Origin: Klebsormidium nitens
Lineage: Eukaryota > Plantae > Klebsormidiophyceae
Assembly (NCBI GenBank): GCA_000708835.1
Contig: DF237361.1
Span: forward strand, 1 to 64,000
DNA: 64,000 nucleotides
Direction of reading: 5' to 3'
The notes under the pieces were generated by a model, which saw only the letters and a program-made list of their open reading frames with translations, was not told the DNA's origin and did not search any database. The translations under genes and the position numbers were made by a program. Below are positions 35,531-47,338 of this stretch, one piece after another (positions within the stretch are counted from its first letter, which is position 1; each line of letters opens with the position of its first letter).

Positions 35531-36690
35531 CCCAAGTTGGTATTCGGGTTGGATTTCGCTTGTTTGGAACGGACCATTCAAGCGCAATCGTATGTTGGGC
35601 TTTGAATGGATTCAAGTCAGCTCCGAAGTACCTCGGAAGTCTTATAACTCCCTAACATTATCATGAACCGTCGGATGGGTATGCAAACGTACATGCTGGT
35701 GGAACTCTTTCCAATCTAGCACATGGAAGATTTGAGGCCTAATCTGTAAGATGATATTATACGCGGACGGTTACCGCGCTTTTATTTACTTTCATGATGG
35801 ATTTTTCGCATAGCATCCAATATGGCTGGTAATTGTAATGCTGGCCGGCCCCGGCCATGCCAGGCGGCCCTTAATGATAGAGTGCCCATGCGCATCGCGA
35901 CCTTGCTATCATTCATGACACAGGATTGGTGTACGGTCCCCGGCCATGCGCATGCCAGCTAGCTGCACCGTCTGACGAGACTGGAAAGCTTTTGCGTACG
36001 CGCTCGGATAGAATTTGATAAGGGGAGAAGTCGACACTTTCCAAATATTGTCCATCTAGTGTCTCCGCGCGCCGGCGCAACAGGATGAAAGCTTTTGAAG
36101 AGAGTTCACTACAAGACCCAGTACGACTGCGCAAGGATGACGCACTTTTGGACCTAAGACGGTACTAGTACGCCGTGGCGGCCACCATAGCCATCATCGC
36201 TGTTGAATCCGGAGAAGTGCTTGCTCGACGCCAGCAGTCGAAGTAATTGCTCAGCGCCGCTGCGTCTGGCACAGCTAATCTACAACAAGCTAGCTCCACG
36301 TGCAGCCTCTGGTAGCGGCAAGCGTCCAGCCATGCAAGAAGGGCGGCATCTAGGAAAAAATGAAGCACGACTTTCAATACCTGGTTCAGTCTGGTTCTAG
36401 ATAAGACTCAGAACCCAAGTGCTTCCAGTCCTGAGTACTGATCTTTCTAGCATGGAGGGTTGCGGCAACCGCAACTTGATTGAGCAAGTCCTACTGGGAA
36501 AGTCAAGCCATAACTTCCTCCATCAGCAGCAAAGTCCTTTTGTAACCTGCGAGCAGCTTCCGGACCCGAGACGACAGACCGTGATCGCCAGGCTTGACAA
36601 CCCGACACGATCGAGCGTTCACAACCGGACCACTTCAACCCGACCATTTTATTGTACACTTCAAGACGATGCTTCCAAATAACTTAGAGG

Positions 36691-39600
36691 TCAACGCTGC
36701 TCGTCGACCGGCAGCCGCCGGCCCACCCGCGGCCGGTCATCCATTAGCCCCCAGTTATCCGCTCCCTCCGAAGCTGCCCTTTTCTCAGCTTTCCGGCTCC
36801 GCTTGAGCCGGTCCGTGTCCGGATTATCGTTCTCGACCTCCTCCGTCTCCTCCGTCTCGTCTTCCTCATCCCCCTCCTTTGCTCTGCGAGTGGGGGTTGT
36901 CCCTTCATCCGCCCATTCCCCTCGCAGAGCTCCCCAGACCTCAGCCTCCTCCTCTTTCCTCGACCGCGTACCCTGCTTTTCCCCCCTCCCAACCTCCAGT
37001 TCTTTCTTTTCCCTAGCACCGCGCTCTTCCCACCCGTCTGCTTCTCGTCGCCTTGTTTCCGCTTCTGCCTCTCCGTCGCCCAGTCCCAGGTTCCTGCCCC
37101 GGTTCTTGATCCAGCCCGGGTCCTCCTCCTCTTCCTCGTCCTCCGGCGCGTCCTGGTACCCCGGTTGGCCTTCCCGGCACATGCACTCGGGGGCAGGGTA
37201 CGAGTACAGCGACTGCTCTCGCTTGCGCTCCGCTACCCCATGCAAATCGTTGTCCTCCCGCATCGCGCGCAGTTCAGCGGAGAAGTCAGCCCACCTGCAA
37301 GCGCCACGAAATTGCCGCGTCTCATCATTGGACCGACCGAAGACTACTTCTGTAAACTATAGCGCGCCATCCGTCTTTGCTGTTCAAGCAACAGCAAGCA
37401 TCATAAACGACTTTCAAGGGCTTTCAGGAAGTGATCAGCGGGCAGGCCACAAATCTTCCCTTCTTGCTCTCAGAAAACGCGTATTAAGAAGCAAGCCATG
37501 ACTCGACTAGACGCAGACGCAAACCAGTGGTTCCGGCAGCCGCTCACTGGAGCGTGTGGTTGTCGAGGAGGCGCGCGAGGGCCTTCTTGTCGGGGCTGAC
37601 CGTCTTCCAGTGGTTCTGGTTGCGGTACCGCCGGTGGCCCTCCACCAGCTGCGGGAAGTTGCCCCCCTGCGTCGCCATGAAAACTTCGGCCGCCACGCAC
37701 ACCGTGAAGTCCAGCGCCGCCAGCTGCGACGACCGGCCCTACAAAGCGCCACCGCGAAGGCATGTCAGCTAAACCGTTCAGCCGTGAGAACCACGGTGGT
37801 CAGTCATGTTGAAGCAAGCAAAGCGCGCCTCTTCCCTGTTGTCGCAAGTGCCCGAAAGCAGTTTGAAGAATTTCAGAATGCGGTTCGTGCTCCTCGCTCA
37901 AGCTGAGCAAATGAAGCCCCGCGACATTTTGCGGCGGGGGTCCCGGTTGCCAGCCAAAATCCAGACTTGATATCTTTCCAAAAGGCCTTTGCAGCACAGC
38001 AGGAGGAAAGCCCCACAAGTTCCCCCATAGCAAAGACACCCGGCCCACCTTGAAGGGTGCCAGCTCGTCCGGTGAGAGGAGCGTCTCCTTGGTTTGCAGG
38101 GACGGGAACATGTCACGCAATGCGGGGGGCAGCCCGCCGTAGACGTCGCCCGCTGCCAGGTACACGGGGGTGCTCGCCGGGAAGCCCATGCCACGCAGGA
38201 TGAGGCCCACCTCGAGCGGCGTCAGCGGACATTTGCCGGCCCTGCAACCAGACCGTCTTGCGTGAGGCCCCGGAAGCCAGTCCCAACTTGCCTAACCGTT
38301 TGCTTTTTGCCGTGCTCAGCCAGACAAGGGATGGCGGATTTTTTACAGTGGTAAGATGGCTCAGCCCGGACTACGCCGAATCCGATATGCAAACCGTGTT
38401 TCTGCTGAAAGCGATGCTGGCAAGGCAAGCAGAAGAAGCGCAGCGGCCAAGGGATCCCTCTCGAGAGAGAGAGAGAGGTGCGGTGTCGACAGCAACAAGC
38501 TCCGTCGTCTTGAGAGCAAAACGCCCGGGCTTACAGAAAGCTAACAAACCGGTGCTAGCGAAGCATAACCCCGCCGGCCTGCAGATACTGCTAAGTCTCC
38601 GCCCCAAGACTCCGAGACACCCCCCGTCCGCGCTCACCTCCTGACGGACCCTGGGTCGATCGCTTTGCGGCCCGGGCGGGTGAATTTGCCGCTCCAGCCG
38701 ACCTCCCGGAAGGCAGCCATCTCCTCGCGCTCCTGGGTCCCGCCGTCGTACAAGCAGTTGCTGAACGCGACCATGTCCTTCTCGAAGCGCAGATGCACAG
38801 CCAGGTACCGCCCGCCGGGGCTCCGCGCTACCATCTGAACAGAGGTGTGCCGTTCAAGAGCTTCACCATGCTTGACAATGAACCAGCAGAAGAGCGGGTT
38901 GGATGGGCCAGCATGACAGAAGAGGCAACTACACCAAAACCGTTTGCTTGATGTATACAGCCAGGAAAAGCTGACCACACGAAAAGCCACCACCAAACTC
39001 GGCCCTGGCAAGCTCGCCATAACAATCGAGGACTACATTCTCCCCTCAAGTGTCAAAAGGAGAGTCGAATATAGAGGGGTCCCTCGTGCGAAACAACCTC
39101 CAGCAAATCTCAATCAGCTTACCCGTTCAACAATTGTGTCTGCCATGGACTTTATGCGGGGTGCGAAGCGCAGCGCGTGGAAGTTGGCGCGGCAGCGCAG
39201 CTGCTGGAGGGCGGGCTCCACATCATCGTAAGTGAGGCGGTTCGCAAACGGGTCGAGGCGCAGGGCGCCCTTGGCCCGGAGCAGGGGCAGGACCTCCGTC
39301 AGGTAGTACGAGGGAGACGACCATGCGGGCACCTGGGTAAACGTGGACAGTATATCAAATACTAGATCGGATTGTCAGAAGAAAGCATTCATGGTTTGGG
39401 GGCAGAAATGTAACTGAGGAAAGACTTCGCAAAAGAGTCTCAAGTTGCTTGATGCAAGCGTAAGAAGCAGACCTAACGAGATTTGGAATGTTTCACTCTG
39501 AGCAGTCTGCAAAGACCAACTGGCCGACAGTATGCTCGAGAACGCCTGAGCGAACGCGGAAGTAAGACAAATGACCCCTTTTCGTTGTTATGGTTCTTAG

Positions 39601-41432
39601 AGAAGGGCACAGGTCCGACGCCAAACAGGTGAGAAGGCGTCCTGACCTTCGTCTTCTGCCTGTAGTCTTCCGTCAGGAACTGGTACTCCTTTGGCAGCTG
39701 GTGTACTATCTCGATGTCAGCAAACAGCGCCATGATGAAGTGGTTCACGTCGAAGATGTCCTCGAAGGTGCTGACGTGGCAAAAAGACGGGTTCAGTCAG
39801 TCGGAGCAGAAAAGCTGGAAGGCTTGCTTCAGTCACTTTGGCTGCTGATCAAGTTCGTAACAACCTGGGACTGACGTGTGGCAACCTTTTAGGTGGCTCA
39901 AGCAGATGGCCGGCCCCTTCCGACGTTAGTAAATGATGCAGCCGGATGGTACGAGTACTGGTGTGCTGCAGAGGGTGACAGCCAAGAAGGATACTAACCT
40001 TGGGTCTTTCCAGATGGCGTGATAGTAGAGGTGTGGAATGACCAGAGTTGCATTGAGCAGCTTTGCAATCGCCACCGCATTGCAGATCTGCAAAGGCACA
40101 GATGTCGAGTGGAGTCTACATTCGTCGCACTTCCTTTGGATGTCCAGCAGATTGCACGTTCTCCTTCCCATTAAGAATGGATGCAATCGGGCGCAGAGAC
40201 GCGCGTGAGAGCAATCGAGAAAACCACGACTCACCGCCGATCGCTGCTGATTCAAGCCGCCGTTGACAACAGGACTGATGTAGCCGTTGCTGGTATATCG
40301 TGACTCTGCAAGTACGGGTGGTGCAAAGTCAGAACAGACGCCATCAACTCAGAGTCTCGGCTTCGCGCAAGACTGGGAACAAACCAAAGCGAGCAATCCT
40401 TTCGGGTTACAAGTACTTTCACAATCCACTACGCATGATTGAGGCTTCACACGTGGACGCACCAGGCACAACCCGTTTCCGCCCAGCGCAGGGCCGCCAG
40501 CCAGTGTCGGACTTCAAAGCCTGCCACTCCAGCGCTCCCTGCAGCAGAAAGGGCCCTAGTTATATGTCCTGAGCATGCTCAAACAGCTTCTTCTGGATGT
40601 GGCAGCCTCAGCTTGTGTTTTTTGTGTAAAGATCAATTATTCTGTTTTACCCCCAGTCTGTACGCAGCCTGGGGATGTTGGTTCACTGCAGTCCATGGTG
40701 ATCAAGAGAGTATGCAGGAGGAATACTTCCAATTTTGAGTTGGCAAAAGCAAGTTGGGGGAGCGCCGACAAGCCACTCAAGCGAAAGGGCGCAAGACCGA
40801 AATTGCATTCTGGATTCAAAAGTAAATTGGAATCATCTTTTGAATGGAAGGCTTACCTCCACCGGAATGTCATCTGCTGCTGACATATTTGCTGCAAAAC
40901 GTGCGTATGCAAGGTGGCTTCTATACACGGACCCCGGAGGCTGAGAGTGGGCGCGTCTGGTGGGGAGGTCAACCATGGCGGAGCCAGAATATAGGCTACG
41001 GCCAGCAATGACGAGGATGGCTGCTAGGCACAATACAGCGGGCCTGAAAGAAGAGACAGGAATGTCATCAAGCACCCAGCCAGGCCTGGAGAAGTTTGAT
41101 GTTTGGGACATGTGCATATAATCAGACACTTGCACGCGCTGCAATGCAGTGCAGATACCGATGCATCAGCTGTCTTTGCACATCAATCGCCACACGGAAG
41201 AAAGAAGAGCTGCTAACGTGCAAATGAATCACCCATGGTGGTGACTCCTGTTAGTCTCTCACCTCCGCAGAACGTTGAAGAAGGACAGCCAAGGCCGCTT
41301 TACCCCTGATGGTTTCAGAAGGGTACGAGAACGTGCGCCAAGTGGTCCTCTGGGCAGCACATCCTTGGTTGTCACGGGAAGTCCAACCCCATTATCCACG
41401 GCCCTTGCCCGAATGCCCATCTCGTTGGCCAT
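36691..41432 (-). CDS. Plant O-fucosyltransferase family glycosyltransferase (DUF246/GT106-like, type II Golgi membrane), ~717 aa
   Basis: 11 phase-consistent exons: 41432-41263, 41085-40857, 40538-40463, 40305-40235, 40087-39999, 39770-39647, 39332-39123, 38834-38638, 38241-38049, 37738-37548, 37294-36691. Motifs [79 protein letters not shown]; one N-terminal TM helix. Confidence 0.92.
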
Positions 41433-42111
41433 CTTTGATACCCGAGTAAGTCCTATGCGCACTCAGGCTTTCTTGGCTTCCGACGGCCCACCCTCCTGGG
41501 AGCCAATCACAGGCCGATGGCTGATGAACGTCGACTCCGCTCAACCACAGACTATTTCCCCCCAAATGCGCGCACAAGGGCTCTCAAAGCTTGACGAAGT
41601 ACAATTCCCTTCAAGCTGGACTTTCTAGGCCTCCTGGCAGGAATGACCGCTGACGCGGCTCACAATAAGCAGGAGGGCCATTGATCAAACTTAAAGCCGC
41701 GGCAGCTGGCTTGAAAAAGACCGCTTCAGATAAGCAGGACCTTATAACTGTGCGAGGAAGTCCTGTTACTCCAATCTGATGGAGTTCTGAAGGACCCCCC
41801 AGAGCGGACCGAAGCATAACCTTTCTGCTACATCGCTGGCCCGCATTTTCGTGCCGTCGATCCGTCTGGTGAAAATGCCACACTGCAGAAAGTTTGAGAA
41901 GCACGCAGCAATTGCAATTTGCAATGGAGCCAATGCTCCATGGACCATGACCACATGATAGGTATTATGTGCATGATGCATGATGCACCCGGTGAGCGAT
42001 AGCCCTTGCGAAAGCTAGACCGCCATACCTGGTACATACCGCTACGGTAATCCTGATACGTACAGTAGGTATCAATTGTGTCCGGTGCGTACCCCTTGAT
42101 CACGTGGCTTC

Positions 42112-43052
42112 ATGGGCAAACCCCCCGTGCTCAACAACACAGCCGCCTAGAGGATACAGCGCGCAGGAAGAAGTGCCAGCTAGATAGAGCATCAGATGTG
42201 AATAGATATCAGCGCGCTGCCTCACCAGCCGCTTCCTGGTGCTCGGGCACTTCTTCCTGCAGTGCCGCTCGCCCTCTGGGACCAGTGCAACTCGATGGTC
42301 GTCCCCGCCACATTTCTCTCTAGTGCATGCAGCCGCTCTCTTCTGCAATATAGAGGAGGTGAGATGGTGAGAGCGACAGGAAACACCAGGATTCGGACTT
42401 CTAGGACCTCGGGGGCCAAAACATGACAAATACTTCTCGAGCGTGATTGGCGGTCTTTTCCAACCATGATGCGATGCTTCAAGGACGTTCATCGTTCCTC
42501 ATAGACTCATACGAAGGTAAGATTATAAGCCATGCATCCAGCCTCTTGAGTAGGACTTGGGGCCGGTAATTCCGATTTCGAAGAGAACCGTAGGCGCTCC
42601 GTAGGCGTAAGTTAACAGGCAATCATCCAATCAGCCTACTCCTCATTTCCTCTTAAGCTGCGCTCAAAGAGAAAAGCGTTGTTCGTTTTTCCGCCAATCC
42701 GGGCAGTTCTGAAAGAACTAAACTGTTCTGACTGTGTTTTCTCAGTGTCGTCTGCCTTGACGCCTTGTCTTTTAAATCCTAAGGGCGCCTCTGAAAACTT
42801 CCTTTGTTGCGTTCTCAGGTCGGGGTATTGATCGAGGAGCCGTTCTCGATCCTGGCGCTGCAAGCCATTTGCAACTCGGCTGAGAAGAACGTGGCGAAGG
42901 TGACCCAGGTGCACAAGGACTTGCGCAAGCGGCGCGTGCAAAGGGCGCTCGACGACGAGAAGCAGGCCGAGCACGAGCGTTGTCACGAGCATGGGGCGTG
43001 GCAAGAGGTCGGCCGGAACGAACGGAGCATCTCATTGAGGGAGGGTACGTAG
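42112..43052 (+). pseudogene. VCCN1: 5'-truncated pseudogene of VCCN1-type bestrophin (thylakoid anion channel, UPF0187)
   Basis: Last exon 42819-43052 reads VGVLIEEPFSILALQAICNSAEKNV. The preceding exon remnant 42221-42358 gives LTSRFLVLGHFFL/PLALWDQCNSMVVPATFLS/AAALFCNIEE once 5-nt (42260-42264) and 7-nt (42322-42328) insertions are removed. Phase-0 intron 42359-42818 is retained. No N-terminal two thirds found upstream. Confidence 0.85.
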
Positions 43053-44048
43053 CACTCATGCTTTAGCTGACGCAGTCTGTGAGAGGAAGCGGGTTTGGGG
43101 TCGATGCAGGGGATCTGACGGACGAGATGTGATTGAACGGAAGCGTGCTAGCCAGGAGCAGCTTTGAGCTTCGGTTCAATACAAAGATCTTAGTAGCAGC
43201 GCACATGACAACAAGTTTGCTACCAACCTTAAGTTATTGGACACAGAAGCCAGCTCTACATGAGACCGGTTGTATATTAAGTACTCTGAATCATGCTCCG
43301 TTAAAATAGCTGCCTTCCATATGGAACGACATATTACATGGCAAAACAATCGAAGTAGGTTGAAGTTGAATTGAAATGAATGCTCACATACAGGTATATA
43401 GGTTAAATCAAGTGAAAACATTGAATAGAGGAGTCAGCGGTAGGCGGACATCGCGTTCACGAATAAGGGTGAAGCAAATAGGGTTGTGGCCGACGTAATT
43501 GATTGTATGATTTGGTAGACGTGCGCGGCCTCTTCTGGTAGATAATCTGTGATTGAATACAAAGCTAACATATACGAAGTTTAGTACTAACAAACTTGCT
43601 GCGCGATTGTTGCCATGTCGACAGCAAGTTCATTAACTTACTGAATCTGCTCATAGCCGACTCTTGTCTAGGCTAGAGTCAAAACGGTGAATATCAATAG
43701 AAAGGGTATGCGGCTTGACGCATGGGGGCTTCGCTCGGACTAGCCAGTGCTTCATGGCCTTTCTTTTTCAAATCAACCTGGCGCATTGTGGTTAATGCCC
43801 TATGAATCCTTTGCGGCTGTGCCACGCGCTCAAGTCACGATCGATCACCGACAGAAAAACGTTCATCAACAAGATTGTGTATACCAACAACTACCGAAAT
43901 AATTCCATAATGTTTGGTGGACCGGAATCAAAGGTCCAATAGACTGGATGACTGCTAAGTGTTTATATTACTTATTACACGACAAAATTGATTTCCTCTT
44001 TGCTCTCCGGAATTTGTCAAAATTATGTTCTTGCACTCTCAGTGTATC

Positions 44049-46444
44049 CTACTCTTCGAAGATGGCAGTGGGATCCGACAGACTCATTGTGTACAGGGTA
44101 ATCCCGCCATCCACAGGGATGTTCACCCCGCACATGTACTGAGAAGCCTTCTCGCTGGCCAGCAACAGCAACACGCCCATCATGTCACGCTCAGGATCCC
44201 CGTACCTGCGTTTAGAAGCCAGGGTTTCGATTGGAGCAACCGCAGAACGTTTCCCGCAACTGACTGACATCTCACGATGAATACTTCTTGATGTACTTCA
44301 CGTCCCCAAATGGTGTGATAGCTATGCAAGAAGCCATATCTGTACTTCACAGACCGCCTTTTGCCACTGCTTTTCGGCTTCACGGGTTCACTGAGAGTTC
44401 ACTGTGAAGACGTGCTCTACGACAGGCCATACATTTCAACGATAACCAGCATGAAAATAAGGTTGCTAGGTGAGGAAAACGATTTATGGTGGCAAACACA
44501 AAGGCACAGTATACCAACAAACTAGGTTGAGGCAGAATCCTCACCGCTTGCACGGGATGGCCTTCTGTGCCTTCTCCTTGTTAGGGGAGTTGACCAGCTT
44601 GTCGCTCATGGGGCTGGGAAACACGCCTGGCGCAATTGAGTTGACGTTGATCCCCTTGGGGGCCAGCTCAACGGCCATGGCCCTGCAAAACAACATGGGC
44701 CAGTAGCACACATGATGCGAGTTCCTGAAACTTCCCTTCGTTCTTGACAAACAATGCTAAAGAGCGCGGAGGCTCTCTATATGCGCTCCGAAACTGATTG
44801 GCATGCTTCCCATGCGCACGAAGATGACCATACCTTGGAGACTGGAACATCAACTACGATTGGTCACCACCTGTCCACCTGAGAAGCTAATCCAACACTA
44901 GAAAGCGGCTTCTACCTTTGATAGTGAGATTGCTCAAAGCAATGCTTGGCAGGGGGGTCTGCGCTTCAGTTAATGAGAGTTGCTTGAATGTACTGTTGCC
45001 ACATAACTTGAGAATTGCTTGAATGTACTGTTGCCACATAACTTGGCTTTCAAGCCAGTCTTGCAGGGGGGTCATACCTTGTAAGCTGAATCACCGCAGC
45101 CTTAGACGCAGAGTAGATAGCCTGGCCCTTCTGGACCAGCTCCCCCCCAGCAATCGAGCTGGTGTTGATGATGCGTCCCTTAATGCCATTGTCCACCATG
45201 AGCTTAGCGACGGCCTGTGCTGTGAAGTACAGCCCGCGCACGTTGGTGCTGAAGACCTTGTCGAAGTCGTCCTGGCTGTCCTTCAAAAGGCCAGCCCCAG
45301 TTGCAAAGCCAGCATTGTTCAACTGCACACAAATTGTTTTGAGACACACGTTCACAACAGGTGGAAACAGGGCAAAGCTGCTAGACGAGCAGCAGGAGCA
45401 GCAATTCTTCCTAACGCCCCTCATAAAAAGCTCATTGGCAGTGGCCTTGGATTTTGAACTTTGAACATTGGAGGGACTTGATCGAATGCATGTCCAATGA
45501 TGTCTTGGAAACATTCATTCAATGGTCGAAAGCAATGCTGAGAACTTGATAGAGAGACTGCACACTCACCAAAATATCCAGGTGACCATAGATGTTCCAA
45601 GCATCCTGAACTCCCTTTGCAACCTCTTCCTGGGGTCCGGAGACGTCCAACTGGATGGACTCTGCCTTTCCACCAAACTGCGTGATCTCCTGCAAAGGGA
45701 TCAATGGAACGACAGGTGTTATGCAATATCCAACATCTTTTTAGATGATTTTTGCGGCTCAATTGGTGCATCTCCAGCACTTAGTATTCTTTGAGTAGCT
45801 GACTCCATTTTACCAACTCTTGATGGCCTCCGATTCTATCGTAACAATTTGTGTGTTCCTTATCCACGAGCTACGACGGTGCTAGCAATGCTTGCTCGAA
45901 ATAAACTCTTGGGCTACTATCACGTTGAACAGGTTTACCAGTATGAAGTTGAATAGTAAACCAATTGCAAAAGCAGATATGAAGGCCCCAGATCAAAAAC
46001 CAGCTGTTTAGTACATGCTCATTAGTTCCTTACAAGGTTGTGGCAGGCTGATTCTGCATGGTTGATTTGACAAAACGTTTTAATGCATAAATTGTCCAAC
46101 ATCCAGTAGATCCCATGATTAGACTGCTTCTGCTATTGAATGTGCTTGCATGTTTCATTTAAGAGCACTCCGCATTCAAGTACCACATACTGCTGGTGGG
46201 CTGGGCACAGCTAGGCTTGGAGAAAACGAGTTGCTGGATTGAAACAGATTCAAATGCTGACAGCACTTTGACTTACGTCCACCAGATCCTGCAGCTTTTC
46301 TTCACGCCGAGCTGCCAGAACCACCTTGGCGCCCTGGGTTGCCAGGAACACAGCAAAGCGCGACCCAATTCCAGAGGACGCGCCCGTCACCAAGCACACC
46401 TGGTCCTTGATGGACATGAGATCGCTATAGTCTGGGGGAGCCAT
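44049..46444 (-). CDS. Classical short-chain dehydrogenase/reductase (FabG-like), 275 aa
   Basis: Exons 46444-46277, 45689-45570, 45322-45078, 44682-44545, 44205-44049. TGASSGIG cofactor motif, LNNAG, catalytic YSASK, INVNSIAPG, GVNIPVDGG. Confidence 0.93.
44980..45045. repeat. 31-bp perfect direct duplication (period 35) in SDR intron 3
   Basis: ttgcttgaatgtactgttgccacataacttg at 44980-45010 and 45015-45045. Confidence 0.9.
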
Positions 46445-47338
46445 TGTGAATGACACTAATCAGCACAGCTACGTAGGAAGGTGGGTTGAATCGCCGGCCT
46501 TTTTGTAAGCAGCAAGCTGAAAGCTTCGAAGAAGCAAACCTGATTAACCTCGTTTTCAAAGTGCTGAAAAGAACGCAGATGGAAATCTTGCAATTTCGTG
46601 TTTGTGGTCGAGACTGCAGGTCTTCCTCTCGAGCTGGCAGTCCGATCCCAGCCCTCTCTCCTGCTACAACACCCACATTGCAGCTGGTTGCGGACCTGGT
46701 TTCCATCTGCATGAGCCGCAGAGCGGTATGCATGTGAGGCTGCTTCTGGAACCGCTGCTTCTGTGGCTGCCTGCCCGTGTCGTCCTCCATGGTTCCAACG
46801 TGGCGCTCTGATTCCGCCCTGATTCCCTTGCTGGACTGCAGCTCGCTATCCAGCTGGACTAGCCTCTTGCCAATGATCACTGATCCTTGAGCCGCAGCCA
46901 GCCGCAGCTACTACCGTAGCAACTTTTCCGGGCAGCATGCACAAACTCTCCATTTAAATTTAAACTGTGTTCAAAGGACCTAGGAGACGGCAAGGCGCGA
47001 CGATATCTCACTGGAGAACCGGCAGTGCGCAAGCGAACACGCCGGAGACCAGATGTGCTTGCGCGCATGTACCTAGTACCTATACAGTAGTCCCCTCTGT
47101 TTGTGAAACATCGCGCGTCTGACCATTGTCGCGCAGATGCATCGATGTTGCAGGCTGCCGGTTTTAAAATGTGAGTCTGTGGTAACAAAATGAATTTGGA
47201 AGGAGGCGTGAAAGGACGCTATATATTATACCAAGCCCAAGCCAAGACCAAGCCCCCCTGGCATTGGGAGCCATATGGCATTTTGAAGCAGCTTGTCCTC
47301 CCTACATAAACGCGAGTTGCTCAAATAGGCGGCCCAAA

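Noticed and set aside
36165-36377. 70-aa minus-strand ORF downstream of the O-fucosyltransferase
   Set aside because: Non-ATG start, no family signal; probably 3'UTR or degenerate sequence.
36803-37501. 232-aa Ser-rich plus-strand ORF
   Set aside because: Antisense reading of the GAG/GAA-rich O-fucosyltransferase tail.
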